DNA from: an uncultured Acidobacteriota bacterium
GTDB lineage: Bacteria; Acidobacteriota; Terriglobia; UBA7540
Direction of reading: 5' to 3'
Assembly (NCBI GenBank): GCA_963804995.1
Contig: CAWDSK010000005.1
Location: 480,001-544,000 of the forward strand
DNA length: 64,000 nt
The notes beneath the pieces are model-generated. The model made no database searches. It worked only from the letters and a program-made list of their open reading frames with translations, and was not told the DNA's origin. Shown here in pieces: positions 62,922 through 64,000 of this stretch; positions within the stretch are counted from its first letter, which is position 1; each line of letters begins with the position of its first letter. A program made the translations under genes and the position numbers.

Positions 62922-63620
62922 ATGCTGAGCAATCGCCGTCTCTCAATCCTTTGCGGGTTCATTATCCTCGCTGCCGGCGCCTCCGTGTTCTCGGGCCCGG
63001 CGCGCGCCCAGAGCCAGGTGGCTGAACATGCCCGCGTGATCGTTCCCAATTCCACGGTCGAGCACCCAGAGGATATCGGGAAAAAGTCGCATACCAATTA
63101 CCTGATCCTTTATCAGCCCGCCAAAGGCGGGGGGGGCGGCCCCGCGGGCGAGATGCCCCTTTCGCTCTCCTGTGTTTACCAGACGTGGGCGACGTCGCTT
63201 TTTTCTGTGGGCTGTCCGTATAGTTCGAGCACAGCCTCACCGAGTGGAGGCTTTGGAATTATCGCCTCGATCGTGGGAGGCCAGCGGGGCGTGCCGGACC
63301 TCTCCTTTGATGCCAACCCCAGCACCGGCGTCTCCGTGTACGACACTATGAGTCGCCAAGGAATGTCAGGATGGATGGTGTTTGGAGGAACGAGCGTCTC
63401 CTCCCCGTCACTGGCGGGGATCGTGAATTGGGCGGGGAGCCATTACTCCAGCACCAACACTGAGCTGACCAATATTTACGGTTGCTACGCCACGGGATCC
63501 TGCAATTCTGCGAATTTCCGCGATATCACTTCCGGCAGCAAAGCGGGCAGCTTTAGCCCCCAGGTGGGCTGGGATTTCATCACCGGAGTCGGTTCGAGCC
63601 TTGGGGCAACCAATAAATAA
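62922..63620 (+). pseudogene. S53 (sedolisin/kumamolisin-like) peptidase with a large in-frame internal deletion
   Basis: Signal peptide, HTNY propeptide, then GIIA joined directly to SIVGGQRGVPDLSFDANP..GGTSVSSP..FRDITSG..GWDFITGVGS; ExxLD and SGD segments absent. Confidence 0.7.
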
Positions 63621-63649
63621 CCGGATCGAATAGGGCGAGTCTTTTGCCG

Positions 63650-63680
63650 GGGCCTCCTTTCGGGGAGGCCCTTTTCTTTT
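63650..63680 (+). terminator. Rho-independent terminator
   Basis: GGGCCTCCT-TTCG-GGGAGGCCC followed by TTTTCTTTT. Confidence 0.85.
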
Positions 63681-63691
63681 CCGCTCGCGGC

Positions 63692-64000
63692 CTAGTTATG
63701 GATTCCGGCATTATGCGCTGCCATCACCACTGACGGAACGCCGAAGAGCAAGGGCATAAATCTTTCCGCCTTGTGATGGCCGGTTTTGTGCATTGCATAG
63801 GACAGACCCAGCCCCACTCCGAAGCCCACGAATTTGAGCGCATAACGGGATGCCGGGGACTGCGCCAGGGGATTCAACTCACGAGTTCCAGGAACTTCCA
63901 GAGCTCGATTCGTGGTGGCGACGTCAGCCGCCATCATGGCGCCAGAGAGGGCTTGCATCATAACATTCGGCCCATCGAGGAATTTGTGCGTCGGAGCGGG
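63692..64000 (-). CDS. Hypothetical protein, C-terminal part (start lies beyond the window)
   Basis: Open frame from window end: ..ADVATTNRALEVPGTRELNPL..MHKTGHHKAER..AAHNAGIHN. Confidence 0.55.
   Translation of the reverse strand, partial: PAPTHKFLDGPNVMMQALSGAMMAADVATTNRALEVPGTRELNPLAQSPASRYALKFVGFGVGLGLSYAMHKTGHHKAERFMPLLFGVPSVVMAAHNAGIHN

Overview
GC-rich bacterial DNA; the gene content and intergenic repeat style suggest Acidobacteriota/Terriglobia (inference only). The main feature is a ~24 kb co-directional operon (about 20.0-44.1 kb, + strand) encoding an extracellular contractile injection system (eCIS, Afp/PVC-like). It contains sheath, tube, CxxC baseplate/chaperone protein, DUF4255 cap, AAA+ ATPase, a DUF4157 protein with a C-terminal M35-like metallopeptidase (candidate effector), tube initiator, LysM protein, hub, gp5/gpV spike, PAAR-like tip, gp25, two baseplate-J proteins, a wedge protein, a DUF6519 fibre-like protein and a DUF6734 DxD protein. 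The ORF track hides it because almost every gene is split by single-base indels, while flanking genes are mostly clean. Upstream are a sigma-54 -24/-12 promoter match, a tandem CTGC-N8-GCAG palindrome pair (candidate enhancer), a sensor-less sigma-54 activator, a Phd-VapC toxin-antitoxin pair and REP/RAYT remnants. The left flank holds envelope and Fe-S/sulfur genes. The right flank holds a nucleoside catabolism cluster with truncated pdp and cdd, Tat-exported sugar enzymes and an internally deleted S53 peptidase. No rRNA, tRNA or CRISPR array was seen. All family assignments are by motif recognition, not database searches.
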